The notes beneath the pieces were generated by a model, which ran no database searches, had not been told where the DNA came from, and saw only the letters and a program-made list of their open reading frames with translations. The translations under genes and the position numbers were made by a program. From the NCBI GenBank assembly GCA_000997355.1, contig LCBS01000001.1, positions 5,191-69,190 on the forward strand: a stretch of DNA of 64,000 nucleotides. The letters are read 5' to 3'. The stretch comes from a candidate division WWE3 bacterium GW2011_GWB1_41_6. GTDB taxonomy: Bacteria > Patescibacteriota > WWE3 > UBA101185 > UBA10185. Positions 10,236 to 19,346 of the stretch are shown here, in pieces. Within the stretch, counting starts at the first letter, position 1. Each line of letters starts with the position of its first letter.

Positions 10236-10922
10236 CTATTTTAAACTAATTTCGACTAATTTTTGTTTAATTTCCTCGTCCAATACCTCTCTGCCCTCTA
10301 AATAGTCTACTCTCTCAGAATAATCAATATCTTCAAAATACGACAATTGCTCTCTAAACAAGCGTTCATTAAACTCAGTACCAAAAACCGCTTTTGTCAT
10401 CTTGGTGATATCCTCAAACGTATTGCTTTCAAGTATAAAAAAGATATCTACATAATCCTTCCATTTTGCTCTTCTACCAAGTGCAAATGTCTTCATCGCA
10501 GCAAGGGTTAGTAGATCTGGAATTTTAATTATTTCCTCAAATTTTCCTGAGTAATTTATTTTATATGGGTATTTATAGAATGTGAGTTTAACATTATCTA
10601 CAACTAGTGTAAGTTCCTCCGGTTCATCTACCAAAGTTGACTGAATAGTATGATTTTTATTAACACCTGAACGTATCTTTTCATTCGAAAAATCCTCATC
10701 TGTAAAAAGATCGAAATCTATTGATCTACGATGACCTAAGTGCAGGGCAATAGCAGTTCCGTCAACTAATCCAAAATCAGTAGAAAAGGTTTTGATTAAT
10801 GTAAGTAGCTTAGTTTGGTTATCATAAAGTATCTCTTTGTGCATGTTTTTCAAAATATTTTGTAAAATAATTAGCTGTTTGAGTTCGTAGATTACTTCTA
10901 CGTTTATTCTTAATTTCCTCAA
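10236..10922 (-). CDS. minimal nucleotidyltransferase (AbiEii/DUF1814-like)
   Basis: VDGTAIALHLGHRRSIDFDLF matches the GGTAL..G.R.S.D.D NTase signature; likely true start is the internal ATG at 10844. Confidence 0.45.
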   Translation of the reverse strand: MRKLRINVEVIYELKQLIILQNILKNMHKEILYDNQTKLLTLIKTFSTDFGLVDGTAIALHLGHRRSIDFDLFTDEDFSNEKIRSGVNKNHTIQSTLVDEPEELTLVVDNVKLTFYKYPYKINYSGKFEEIIKIPDLLTLAAMKTFALGRRAKWKDYVDIFFILESNTFEDITKMTKAVFGTEFNERLFREQLSYFEDIDYSERVDYLEGREVLDEEIKQKLVEISLK

Positions 10923-11109
10923 ATAATCTTACGCTCTGATCCATACCAAATAGTTTTGTAATAGACATAAAATCTGACCAGTCACCATAACTTATAATAC
11001 TTTCTAGAATACCTTGCGGGGATAATTCACTATAGTTTTTAGTGGACCATGCAAGATATGGTTTATTTCTAATTAGGTCTCTCGCTTTGTCAATAGTAGA
11101 ATTGGTCAT
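10822..11109 (-). CDS. small hypothetical protein upstream of the NTase
   Basis: 95-aa ORF co-oriented with and abutting the NTase gene. Confidence 0.3.
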   Translation of the reverse strand: MTNSTIDKARDLIRNKPYLAWSTKNYSELSPQGILESIISYGDWSDFMSITKLFGMDQSVRLFEEIKNKRRSNLRTQTANYFTKYFEKHAQRDTL

Positions 11110-11579
11110 ATAAGAATTATATCAATTACCTGAAGGATCTTGGATATACATTCCCCAACTCACATATCTCATAATAACGACTTCCTTTTGTTTTCGAACC
11201 GAAATCAGGTTAATTATGTCCCTCGGTATAATTTGTTCATGAATGATGCATTTGGTAATAGATTAAAAGCTGGAGATTATATTACGGCGTTTTTTTACAT
11301 AGATCCACCGATTGATATTCAACCTGTAAAGTCATGTATTTTGTTGACTTAGCACTTACAGTAATGGGTACATGCACAGGATGTTTGTAACTTTATCTGT
11401 TCGCAAATTTTGCACAAAAAAACTCCGTAAAGGAGTTAATCTGTAGGGCGAGATGTCTCTGAATAGTTACCTATTCTTGTAGGCGTCCCATTAACGCCTC
11501 GTTATTCGGTAGCTAAGCTACCTACACATCTTGTACCTATTTTTTAACATATTAGATATGAAAAATCAAGTGAGATTTT

Positions 11580-11657
11580 GGTCGGGGTGACAGGACTCGA
11601 ACCTGCGACCTCCAAGGCCCCACCTTGGCGCGCTAGCCAACTGCGCCACACCCCGAC
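11580..11657 (-). tRNA. tRNA-Pro (anticodon GGG)
   Basis: Reverse complement folds as a cloverleaf: acceptor GTCGGGG/CCCCGAC, anticodon stem CCAAG/CTTGG, loop GTGGGGC (U33, GGG, G37), TTCGAGT T-loop; no CCA encoded. Confidence 0.85.
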
Positions 11658-11739
11658 AACCGTTAGTATTCTACCATTACCCGTTATATATACAAAAACC
11701 CCTGATTATGCAAAAATTGATAAAAGGGGGTGATCATTA

Positions 11740-12300
11740 ATGGATGATCAAAATTTTAATAATGAAACGTTTAACCAGACACCGCCCGAAGTTCCTCAGG
11801 AACCTGCGCATGCTCCGGAAGCGACACCTGTAGTTACCGAACAACCTGTTGCAGTTGCGGAACAGCCCCCTGCTACTCCGGCTCAACCACCGGTAGATAC
11901 ATCAGGTGTTACCTATGCGACATTCTTTCAAAGATTTGTTGCAGGTTTAATTGATTTTGTCCTGGTTGGAATAGTGACCACTATACTTGGCGCAGTACTT
12001 GGTTTCGCTAATGCGGATCGCGGGTTTGTTAACCCATTCTCAGTACTGGCATGGGCTTACTACATTTACATGGTAGTCAAATATGGTGCTACTGTCGGAA
12101 AAATGGCAATGGGATTGAGGGTACAAAACGAAACTACAGGAGCTAATCTTTCTTGGCTTGAAGCTTTCTTAAGAGAGGTAGTCGGTAAACTACTTTCCGG
12201 TCTCGCATTGGGATTAGGCTTTTTATGGATGCTGTGGGATCCGAAAAAACAGACTTGGCACGATAAAATAGCAAAAAGTATCGTTGTGAAAGTGAAATAA
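11740..12300 (+). CDS. RDD-family membrane protein with Pro-rich N-terminus
   Basis: RDD-like TM core (FFQRFVAGLIDFVLVG ... WHDKIAKSIVV); strong RBS aagggggtga. Confidence 0.55.
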   Translation: MDDQNFNNETFNQTPPEVPQEPAHAPEATPVVTEQPVAVAEQPPATPAQPPVDTSGVTYATFFQRFVAGLIDFVLVGIVTTILGAVLGFANADRGFVNPFSVLAWAYYIYMVVKYGATVGKMAMGLRVQNETTGANLSWLEAFLREVVGKLLSGLALGLGFLWMLWDPKKQTWHDKIAKSIVVKVK

Positions 12301-12350
12301 GCTTTAACAAGTAAAGTAATCCGCAAACGGTGTTTAACGGAATTTTTAGG

Positions 12351-12377
12351 AAGCGCCTACCCTGTAGGCGTTTTTCC
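12351..12377 (+). terminator. rho-independent terminator
   Basis: gcgcctac cctg taggcg hairpin followed by TTTTT. Confidence 0.5.
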
Positions 12378-13771
12378 TACTTCATAAATATATCCAACAG
12401 AACATAGAGGCTAAATCCTCCGTAGAATAGAAAAGCTGAAAGCATGGCTACAGTTCTAAATCGACTCGGCCGGACGGCTGTGTCGAGCATGGTTTTGTTC
12501 ATCCAGAGCGTAAGTCCGACATGTACGAACATTGCAAATGCGTTAAGCACTGCAGCAGTTGTAAGAAGCTGTAAGGGCTGGGTGAATCCTGATAAAAATA
12601 TCCCTACTCCAAATAATATCTGCACCCATAAAACAATGTAGTAGATCTTAGGTAACTTCTGTTCGGTTAATCTGGAGGGAAATGCCAATATCAGATTTTC
12701 GCTTAAGATCCGGCTTGTCGCGTCAAAAACCGTGAGCTGTGTTCCAAACAGAGTCAGCCCCGCAACCAGTAAAAAGAAGGTTCCGGCGAATGGAAAAAGC
12801 CGCGAGGATATTTGGTCGGCCTCGGCAAGCATAAAGTTTATATCACCGGTGGTTTGACCCGTTCCGAACGTCGTCACATACGCAAGCAAAGCTAATAGTA
12901 ATATCGTAATAGATCCGGTGAGCCAGAAAACTAAAAAATGCTCAATATTTACGTTCTTCCACCACTGTCTAAAAACTGCAACATTGGCAGGGGTTGGCTC
13001 GAACTTTGAACCGCTCAGAGACATGGACTCTACTTTGCCGGTTAACAGGCTTGTGATTCGACCGGCATATTTTCCCATACCATACCCTTTTTCCTTAACA
13101 TAATATGATTGTGCAAGGTTCAGATTACCACCGGCCCCTGCGTACGCCAAAGCAGCCAGAAAAGAAGCGATTGGTAATCCTACGGGGAGTAGAAAATACC
13201 CATCCCCTTTACCGAAGATACCGGACGTAAGAGCAGCCCAATGTTCTTGTCTGGCAAGAATAATACTGAGAATAAATACGGACGGAACTCCAACCGATAT
13301 AAGTATTTTTTGCAGGTTTTCGACTGTTTTATATAGAACGGGCCCAATAGTAAGGATAAGTCCCATGACAATTAAAAAGATTATGGATAAATTCGATGTA
13401 TTCTCTACTCCTCCAAGAGTGCCAAGCAGTTTAGCCGACGATGCGACGATCCCCGGCCAGATCCACGGAAGAAATGTTGATAATAAGAACCATAAAGGAA
13501 GCCATTTTAATTTACGCGCAAAGCCGACAAAAACGCTTTCCCCGTGAACAAGCGCGTACCTTTCTATTTCCATGTTCATAAAAAATTGGAAGGTAATACC
13601 TAAAACAGCGCCCCAAATAATTCCTAATCCGTAGTGAGATGAGAGATAAGGCCAAAGGATGAGCTCGCCGCTTCCCAATCCCAAACCCAAAATAATAAAA
13701 CTGGGACCGACTAATTTTCTTAAAGGTAAAGCCGGAGGGAGATCTTTTATTCCTAGAGGTTTAACAGACAT
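12377..13771 (-). CDS. Nramp-related polytopic transporter
   Basis: About 11 TM helices; N-terminal GLGSGELILWP resembles the Nramp first motif. Confidence 0.4.
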   Translation of the reverse strand: MSVKPLGIKDLPPALPLRKLVGPSFIILGLGLGSGELILWPYLSSHYGLGIIWGAVLGITFQFFMNMEIERYALVHGESVFVGFARKLKWLPLWFLLSTFLPWIWPGIVASSAKLLGTLGGVENTSNLSIIFLIVMGLILTIGPVLYKTVENLQKILISVGVPSVFILSIILARQEHWAALTSGIFGKGDGYFLLPVGLPIASFLAALAYAGAGGNLNLAQSYYVKEKGYGMGKYAGRITSLLTGKVESMSLSGSKFEPTPANVAVFRQWWKNVNIEHFLVFWLTGSITILLLALLAYVTTFGTGQTTGDINFMLAEADQISSRLFPFAGTFFLLVAGLTLFGTQLTVFDATSRILSENLILAFPSRLTEQKLPKIYYIVLWVQILFGVGIFLSGFTQPLQLLTTAAVLNAFAMFVHVGLTLWMNKTMLDTAVRPSRFRTVAMLSAFLFYGGFSLYVLLDIFMK

Positions 13772-13884
13772 TGAACAAATGGTAGCATCTTTAAAAAGAC
13801 CAGGGCAACCCGCTAAAAACTATTATCGAAAAATGCGGATTGCCCTTTGTCTATCCCCCTATACGTCTCACCAATGAGCCTATT

Positions 13885-14523
13885 CTACTCTCTTTTAAAG
13901 AGAATTCTATAAATAACCCTGTCCTGACCAAAAGACAACCTTTTTCCCCACGTGCTTCTTATATCTTTAAGCTGGAGCTTTTCTAACCGTTCAAGTTTTT
14001 CCATTTTAAAACCGGCATTTTCGAACTTTGGAACTACTGAGCCGGATATTAATTCTTCTGATATTTCAGGGAGTTCCAGACGGACGGTTTCGGAGGGCTC
14101 TGCTTCGGATGTGTAACCAAAAATTATTTCCAAAGTTCCTTGAGGTTTAAGAATATTACTTAGTATATAAAAAGTCTTCTCATCCGGATCTACAGTACTT
14201 TTAAGCAAAGTTCCCCAGGGAAAAACAATATATAAAAGGTCGGCTATTTTAAAAAGTTCTTGTGGTAATACCTCGATTGAACCCACCACATATATTAAGT
14301 TTTCCATTTTCTTCCGGACCGCTTTTTTAGAATAGACTTCCAATTGTTTTTGGCTGGGATCGACACCTATAAAGAACGTAGGGTGTTCACGCAACGCGTG
14401 TTCGTAAACAAAACGGCCGTCGCCTGTACCAAGATCAAGCACTACCCGTTCATAATTATTTAATAATTCCTCAAGTTTCCCGCGGGAGAGTTCTTCAGTT
14501 TTGTTTCCTTTTACTATGATCAT
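13885..14523 (-). CDS. tRNA (guanine-N7)-methyltransferase-like SAM MTase (TrmB-like)
   Basis: VVLDLGTGDGRF ... FFIGVD parallels TrmB IEVGTGKGQF ... NYIGIE. Start set at ATG 14523 to remove the overlap with the divergent truB. Confidence 0.5.
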   Translation of the reverse strand: MIIVKGNKTEELSRGKLEELLNNYERVVLDLGTGDGRFVYEHALREHPTFFIGVDPSQKQLEVYSKKAVRKKMENLIYVVGSIEVLPQELFKIADLLYIVFPWGTLLKSTVDPDEKTFYILSNILKPQGTLEIIFGYTSEAEPSETVRLELPEISEELISGSVVPKFENAGFKMEKLERLEKLQLKDIRSTWGKRLSFGQDRVIYRILFKRE

Positions 14524-14534
14524 CAACCAATGAT

Positions 14535-15386
14535 ATGATAAAACCCGTGGATAACGCAAAACATTCGGATTCAGATATATGCCCGGTCTGGCAACCGGTC
14601 GGTTATTCGACGCATCAAATTTCCAAGCAGATCGGGAATTTGTACAGGCAAAAGGCATCACACACCGGCACTCTTGACCCTTTAGCAGAGGGTGTGATCA
14701 TTATCTTACTGGGTGAGGAACGGTTTAAAAAGTACGAACTGGCGGGTTGGAAAAAAACTTACGAGTTTGAAATTGCTTTTGGATTTGGTACTGATTCTTA
14801 CGACGCTATGGGGATGATTAGACAGAATGGGTCTGAAAATATGGGCTTGGAGAAGAATGAGCTTGGTAGAACTGTTGCCGGATTTATAGGCGAATACGTT
14901 CAAAAAGTACCGTTATTCTCCGCCACACGCTACCAGGGAAAACGGCTATTTGTACATGCAAGGTCCGGCATGGAAATACCGGATCTACCGGAGAAAAAAG
15001 GGACTATTTACAAGATTGAGCTTTTGGATTTGATGGATGCTAACTTGAAAGACGTTGTTCTGGAAATAATAGAAAATCTTAACAAAATAGTGGGCGACTT
15101 CAGACAGGATCCTATTATCGAGGAGTGGAAAAACTTCCTCAAAAAACCGGGGATCACGGACACAAAGATCCAAATCGCGAAAGTTAAAGTCGTTATATCA
15201 AGAGGAATGTATGTCCGTTCCCTATCACAAGATATAGCCAAAGCCGCGGGCGTTCCCGGGTTCGTGACATCACTTACCCGAACGGGAAACGGTATGTACA
15301 CAAAAAAAGACTGTAAAACACTTGAAGAGCTTTTCGGAAAAAATTACGGTAGGGATCTTTTCGTTTCCACTTTTACAAGAATATGA
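14535..15386 (+). CDS. truB: tRNA pseudouridine55 synthase
   Basis: HTGTLDPLAEGV catalytic-Asp motif; length typical. Confidence 0.75.
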   Translation: MIKPVDNAKHSDSDICPVWQPVGYSTHQISKQIGNLYRQKASHTGTLDPLAEGVIIILLGEERFKKYELAGWKKTYEFEIAFGFGTDSYDAMGMIRQNGSENMGLEKNELGRTVAGFIGEYVQKVPLFSATRYQGKRLFVHARSGMEIPDLPEKKGTIYKIELLDLMDANLKDVVLEIIENLNKIVGDFRQDPIIEEWKNFLKKPGITDTKIQIAKVKVVISRGMYVRSLSQDIAKAAGVPGFVTSLTRTGNGMYTKKDCKTLEELFGKNYGRDLFVSTFTRI

Positions 15387-15452
15387 TAATTATTGTAATA
15401 ACATCGTTGTGCTACACTATTAAAATTGCGTATATAAATTTTTGGAGGTTTT

Positions 15453-15812
15453 ATGAACACCGATATGATCAATAAAAGAATGAAAATAATTGAGGATATA
15501 CAAGCTGAATTAAACAAGCTGAAAACTCATTATGAGGAAGCGCTCGAGAATGACGCAGGATTTCAGAAAGTTCAGGAGGAAGTGGAAAAGGTAAAGGAGG
15601 AGTACAAGGAAAAGCAGGAAAAGATCCTGACTAATAATGCATACAAAGCTATAAATGACCAACTTAAGGAAAAACGGCTGGAATTGAAAGAGCAAAAAGA
15701 GGCTTTGTCACAAGAATTGGTGGATTATTACAGAGAACACGGAACACCTGAGATAGAAGATAACGATGGAAATGTAAAAAGGATGAAGTTTTCCGTACGA
15801 CTGGTAAGTTAA
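15453..15812 (+). CDS. coiled-coil hypothetical protein
   Basis: K/E-rich, heptad-like, 119 aa. Confidence 0.4.
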   Translation: MNTDMINKRMKIIEDIQAELNKLKTHYEEALENDAGFQKVQEEVEKVKEEYKEKQEKILTNNAYKAINDQLKEKRLELKEQKEALSQELVDYYREHGTPEIEDNDGNVKRMKFSVRLVS

Positions 15813-15820
15813 AAATATAA

Positions 15821-17287
15821 TTAGATAGTTTCGTCTTCCCTATCTTCTTTTATATAAATGCTATAGTCACCAAAGACCAAGTTTTCCAACGGTCTTTTAA
15901 ATTCCTCGGTCATGCGGGTCTCATCGGGGGAAACAAACACAGCCGTAGTCATATCTTCAGGACGGGCGTTGGACATAAACGGCCAGTCGTATCCAAACTG
16001 TGGATTGCGCGGATCGTATAACTTTACCTTATCCGTATCCAAATAATACTTCCCAACTATGTAATCGATAGGTGAAGTGAAAATAACCTCACTTTCGGAA
16101 TTCTTAAAATATTGTGCAAGTGGTTTCATGCCGTCGTAGTAACCCGGCGTGACGGCACGTGTAACGGTAAAAACATAGAAGAAAACAACAATGCCAAGCA
16201 GTTCCCATGTGAGAAGCGAGGTAAGGATATAAGACAAGGCGATGATAAAAAACACTGAAGCCGGAAGCAAATACCGTTCCACGTAGATGGATTTGTCCTT
16301 ATATGTGGAGTAACCGATTAGAAGCAACATCGGCAGGAAAAGCATCATTAGCGTAAAACCGAATTTACTTAAAGCATCCAAATTCTTCCTATCTTTAAGT
16401 AACACGGCCAATATGCCTGCGATAAAGATAATAAATACTCCGTATCCCAAAATATATTCGTCAAGAAGGAAATTGACATTGACCAGCTCATCTGCTCCCG
16501 ATAACCTGCTTTTCACACCGTAGGAATAAGCGGTAATACTTTGCTGAATATTATAGAGATCCGGTTCCTTCACCCAATCAATATTTAGATTGTTGTTTGC
16601 GGGATCTGTAAGAACGGGGAAGTACAAGAAAACGGCGATCGCAGCTAAAGGAACCAGTCTAAGCAAACCTTTTAATATTCCGCGCTTTTCCCTTATAATT
16701 ATAAAGGCATAATAAACTAACAGAACCGGGAGAAATGCGGCAAACATGTAATGGACAAAAAGCGATATAACGAGAACGATAACGAACAGATTAAATTTCC
16801 TTTTAACCAGAAAATACGCCGCAAGCGTGGTCATAAAACCGTAGAACATGTAAGAACGCGCTTCCACTGAATAAGCGATCAGGAACGGATTGACAGCGGC
16901 AAGGAAAGCTGCGATATCAGCGGTTTCTTTGTTGAATAATTCTTTGACGAGATAATAAATAACGACAATTAGAAGTATACCGAACAGAACCGGTAGCGAA
17001 CGCAATGCAAAGTCATTAACTCCAAAAACCGTTGTCCATCCTTTAAGCATTAAGTAATACAGCGGAGGATGGGGATCATCAGTAACAATCTTCCAGAATT
17101 CCTCTTTTCCTACTCTCATCAAAAGTCCGGTAAAAGCTTCGTCATACCAAAGGTCATCTTTCACAATGACGCGTAATCTAAGGAAAGCTCCGATCAGCGT
17201 CAAACCCATCAGATCGATATTTAGTTTGACCCAGTTTATTATTTTGCGCATTGACACATAGTTTATCACATGAAACAATCGCCGCAT
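15821..17287 (-). CDS. GT39/ArnT-like membrane glycosyltransferase
   Basis: DDLWYDEAFT motif in the first loop; more than 10 TM helices. Confidence 0.55.
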   Translation of the reverse strand: MRRLFHVINYVSMRKIINWVKLNIDLMGLTLIGAFLRLRVIVKDDLWYDEAFTGLLMRVGKEEFWKIVTDDPHPPLYYLMLKGWTTVFGVNDFALRSLPVLFGILLIVVIYYLVKELFNKETADIAAFLAAVNPFLIAYSVEARSYMFYGFMTTLAAYFLVKRKFNLFVIVLVISLFVHYMFAAFLPVLLVYYAFIIIREKRGILKGLLRLVPLAAIAVFLYFPVLTDPANNNLNIDWVKEPDLYNIQQSITAYSYGVKSRLSGADELVNVNFLLDEYILGYGVFIIFIAGILAVLLKDRKNLDALSKFGFTLMMLFLPMLLLIGYSTYKDKSIYVERYLLPASVFFIIALSYILTSLLTWELLGIVVFFYVFTVTRAVTPGYYDGMKPLAQYFKNSESEVIFTSPIDYIVGKYYLDTDKVKLYDPRNPQFGYDWPFMSNARPEDMTTAVFVSPDETRMTEEFKRPLENLVFGDYSIYIKEDREDETI

Positions 17288-17366
17288 GAATAAAAAGAAG
17301 CGCGATGCTCAAAAGAACAAAGAAAAAAGAAAACTGTCCAAAAAAAGCCGAAGAGTTTGTTAAACA

Positions 17367-17777
17367 TTAATTAAGATCGTTTAGCTTCGTGTCCGTATAC
17401 TCATTCTCATATGTCGTAAAATCCATCTTATCAATAGCATTGATTTCTTCGTTGATCAGAGTGTCGTTATTCATCTGGCTATAGGTTGATTCATCGGCAT
17501 CGTCCACATCCAGCAGCGAATCATCGTACATACTCTCGTCTACTTGGTCCATCAAGTTCTGAAGCTCCTGAAGTTCGTCGGTTTCACCGGAGTCGGTCTG
17601 CAAGTAGTAGTTCTGGTAGTAATAAAATACCCCAAAAATAGCCAGCGTTAAAAACACGAATGTCGTCCCAAAGACAAGAAATAGCTTTCTGTTCTCTTTC
17701 TCAGGAATTGACTTTACCGATTCCGGTGTTTCTACTGAAGGTGTTTCCATTATTGGCTGATTAGTATCTTCGTTCAC
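17367..17777 (-). CDS. membrane-anchored acidic hypothetical protein
   Basis: Single TM helix; D/E-rich tail. Confidence 0.4.
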   Translation of the reverse strand: MNEDTNQPIMETPSVETPESVKSIPEKENRKLFLVFGTTFVFLTLAIFGVFYYYQNYYLQTDSGETDELQELQNLMDQVDESMYDDSLLDVDDADESTYSQMNNDTLINEEINAIDKMDFTTYENEYTDTKLNDLN

Positions 17778-17779
17778 TT

Positions 17780-18343
17780 TTATTCCTCCGTTCCTGAATT
17801 AATCGGACGCTGCGACTTTAAAGCCGTGATATCCGGGCGGATGGTGTTCCTGAAATAAGTTTTAATATCCATCACATCTTCACGGACGATCTTTAGCTGA
17901 TCCCTGGCTGCTTTTACCGCTTCCGCGTATGTTCCATCAGCCGAACCACATGTGTGGGTCTTGGATTCTTGTAACTTTGCAATAAACAGTGTCATATCCT
18001 GGGAAAGAGTTTCGATCTTCACACCCAGCACTTCAACATCCTCTTCCAGTTTTGTAGTATCGTAACCTCTTTCCTGAGCTCTTACTATAAACTTCTCAAG
18101 ACGTGTTTTCATGTTATTGAAGGATGCCAGATGTCCTCGTCTGACATTTTCATAGCGGCCGATATGGGCTTGGAACTTCTGCTCTCCTAACTCACAACGC
18201 TCGAGCCGGAGTTGTTCGCGGGTTTGCTTACGCTTCTGCAGGCTGTTGTTTGGTTCGGTTGTTTCAACCGCGTGTGCGTATCCGATAAGAACAAAGGTAA
18301 AAGCGGAAATATATAATAAAGTTAAAATACGTTTTGTTTTCAT
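17780..18343 (-). CDS. secreted helical hypothetical protein
   Basis: Signal peptide (LLYISAFTFVLIGYAHA). Confidence 0.45.
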   Translation of the reverse strand: MKTKRILTLLYISAFTFVLIGYAHAVETTEPNNSLQKRKQTREQLRLERCELGEQKFQAHIGRYENVRRGHLASFNNMKTRLEKFIVRAQERGYDTTKLEEDVEVLGVKIETLSQDMTLFIAKLQESKTHTCGSADGTYAEAVKAARDQLKIVREDVMDIKTYFRNTIRPDITALKSQRPINSGTEE

Positions 18344-18372
18344 TAATCCATATTAGTAGATAGGAAGTGTAA

Positions 18373-19272
18373 TTGCAATCAGGTTTGACATCTTATGTTA
18401 TATGTACGTATCATTATCGTATGAAAAAATCCTGCCTAAAACTCCATAAATCGAAAAAGCCTGAGTTTATTTTTTTATACTCGCTTAGCATACCCATGAT
18501 TATACTTTTACTCATGTTGGTAACAGTAGGCGCATATACTTCATCGAAGAGTTTTATTAATTCTAGTACCACAGAAAATGGTCAGTTTGTTTTAGGTGAT
18601 GACGACGGGGAAAACGAAAAAGAGAAGACAGATGAGGATGACGACGGTGATAAAGAAGACGAAGATAAGTCCGATTCGGTTCTTGACATTGAAGACGAAG
18701 AGGAGGGAGATGATGAGGATGATGAAGGTGAATATCAAGAAGATAGAGAATTAAAAAACTACAAAATAAAAACAAAGACGAAAAGCGAGGAAAATGATGA
18801 AAAATTCGAATACGAGTATGAAATGGAATTGGAAGATGAGCAAAATAGCTTCAGTGCAAAGAATGAGAAATTCAAGCTACAAATTAAAATGGAAAATGGT
18901 GACAAGTTCAAATTAACATCATCGGGTGTCGGAGTTCTATCAAACCTTCCCATTGAAATAGATGAAGAATCAGGTAATGTATATGCTGTCACCTCAAACG
19001 GACGGATACAAATCGGAATCTTACCAGATCAGCTTATGCAAATAGTATCGTCTGACACAGACCTTCAAAATGTATCCGAGATGCAGCTAGAGTACAAAGA
19101 TTCATCTGGTAACAAGATCGAATATAAACTTAAAGGTGAAAAAGATTCCAGAGTTCTTGGGTTTATAAAAGTAAAACTGCCGGTAACGGCAACTTACGAC
19201 CCTACAACCGGTGAATTGACAGGCACCCAACAAACCTGGTTGACGAAAATTCTCGATCTACTGAGCTTTTAG
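18373..19272 (+). CDS. secreted protein with a poly-acidic D/E tract
   Basis: TM/signal helix followed by ~80 aa that are almost entirely D/E/G/K. Confidence 0.45.
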   Translation: MQSGLTSYVICTYHYRMKKSCLKLHKSKKPEFIFLYSLSIPMIILLLMLVTVGAYTSSKSFINSSTTENGQFVLGDDDGENEKEKTDEDDDGDKEDEDKSDSVLDIEDEEEGDDEDDEGEYQEDRELKNYKIKTKTKSEENDEKFEYEYEMELEDEQNSFSAKNEKFKLQIKMENGDKFKLTSSGVGVLSNLPIEIDEESGNVYAVTSNGRIQIGILPDQLMQIVSSDTDLQNVSEMQLEYKDSSGNKIEYKLKGEKDSRVLGFIKVKLPVTATYDPTTGELTGTQQTWLTKILDLLSF

Positions 19273-19346
19273 ATAGACTTCGTAAATCTTTCAATAAAGT
19301 AAATATTCAAGTAATATTTAGGTAGCCAGAAATTCCGGAACTGCCT

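Noticed and set aside
11140-11352. 70-aa + strand ORF in the intergenic region near tRNA-Pro
   Set aside because: AT-rich, no RBS, and random-looking composition. It is more likely noncoding promoter/leader sequence.
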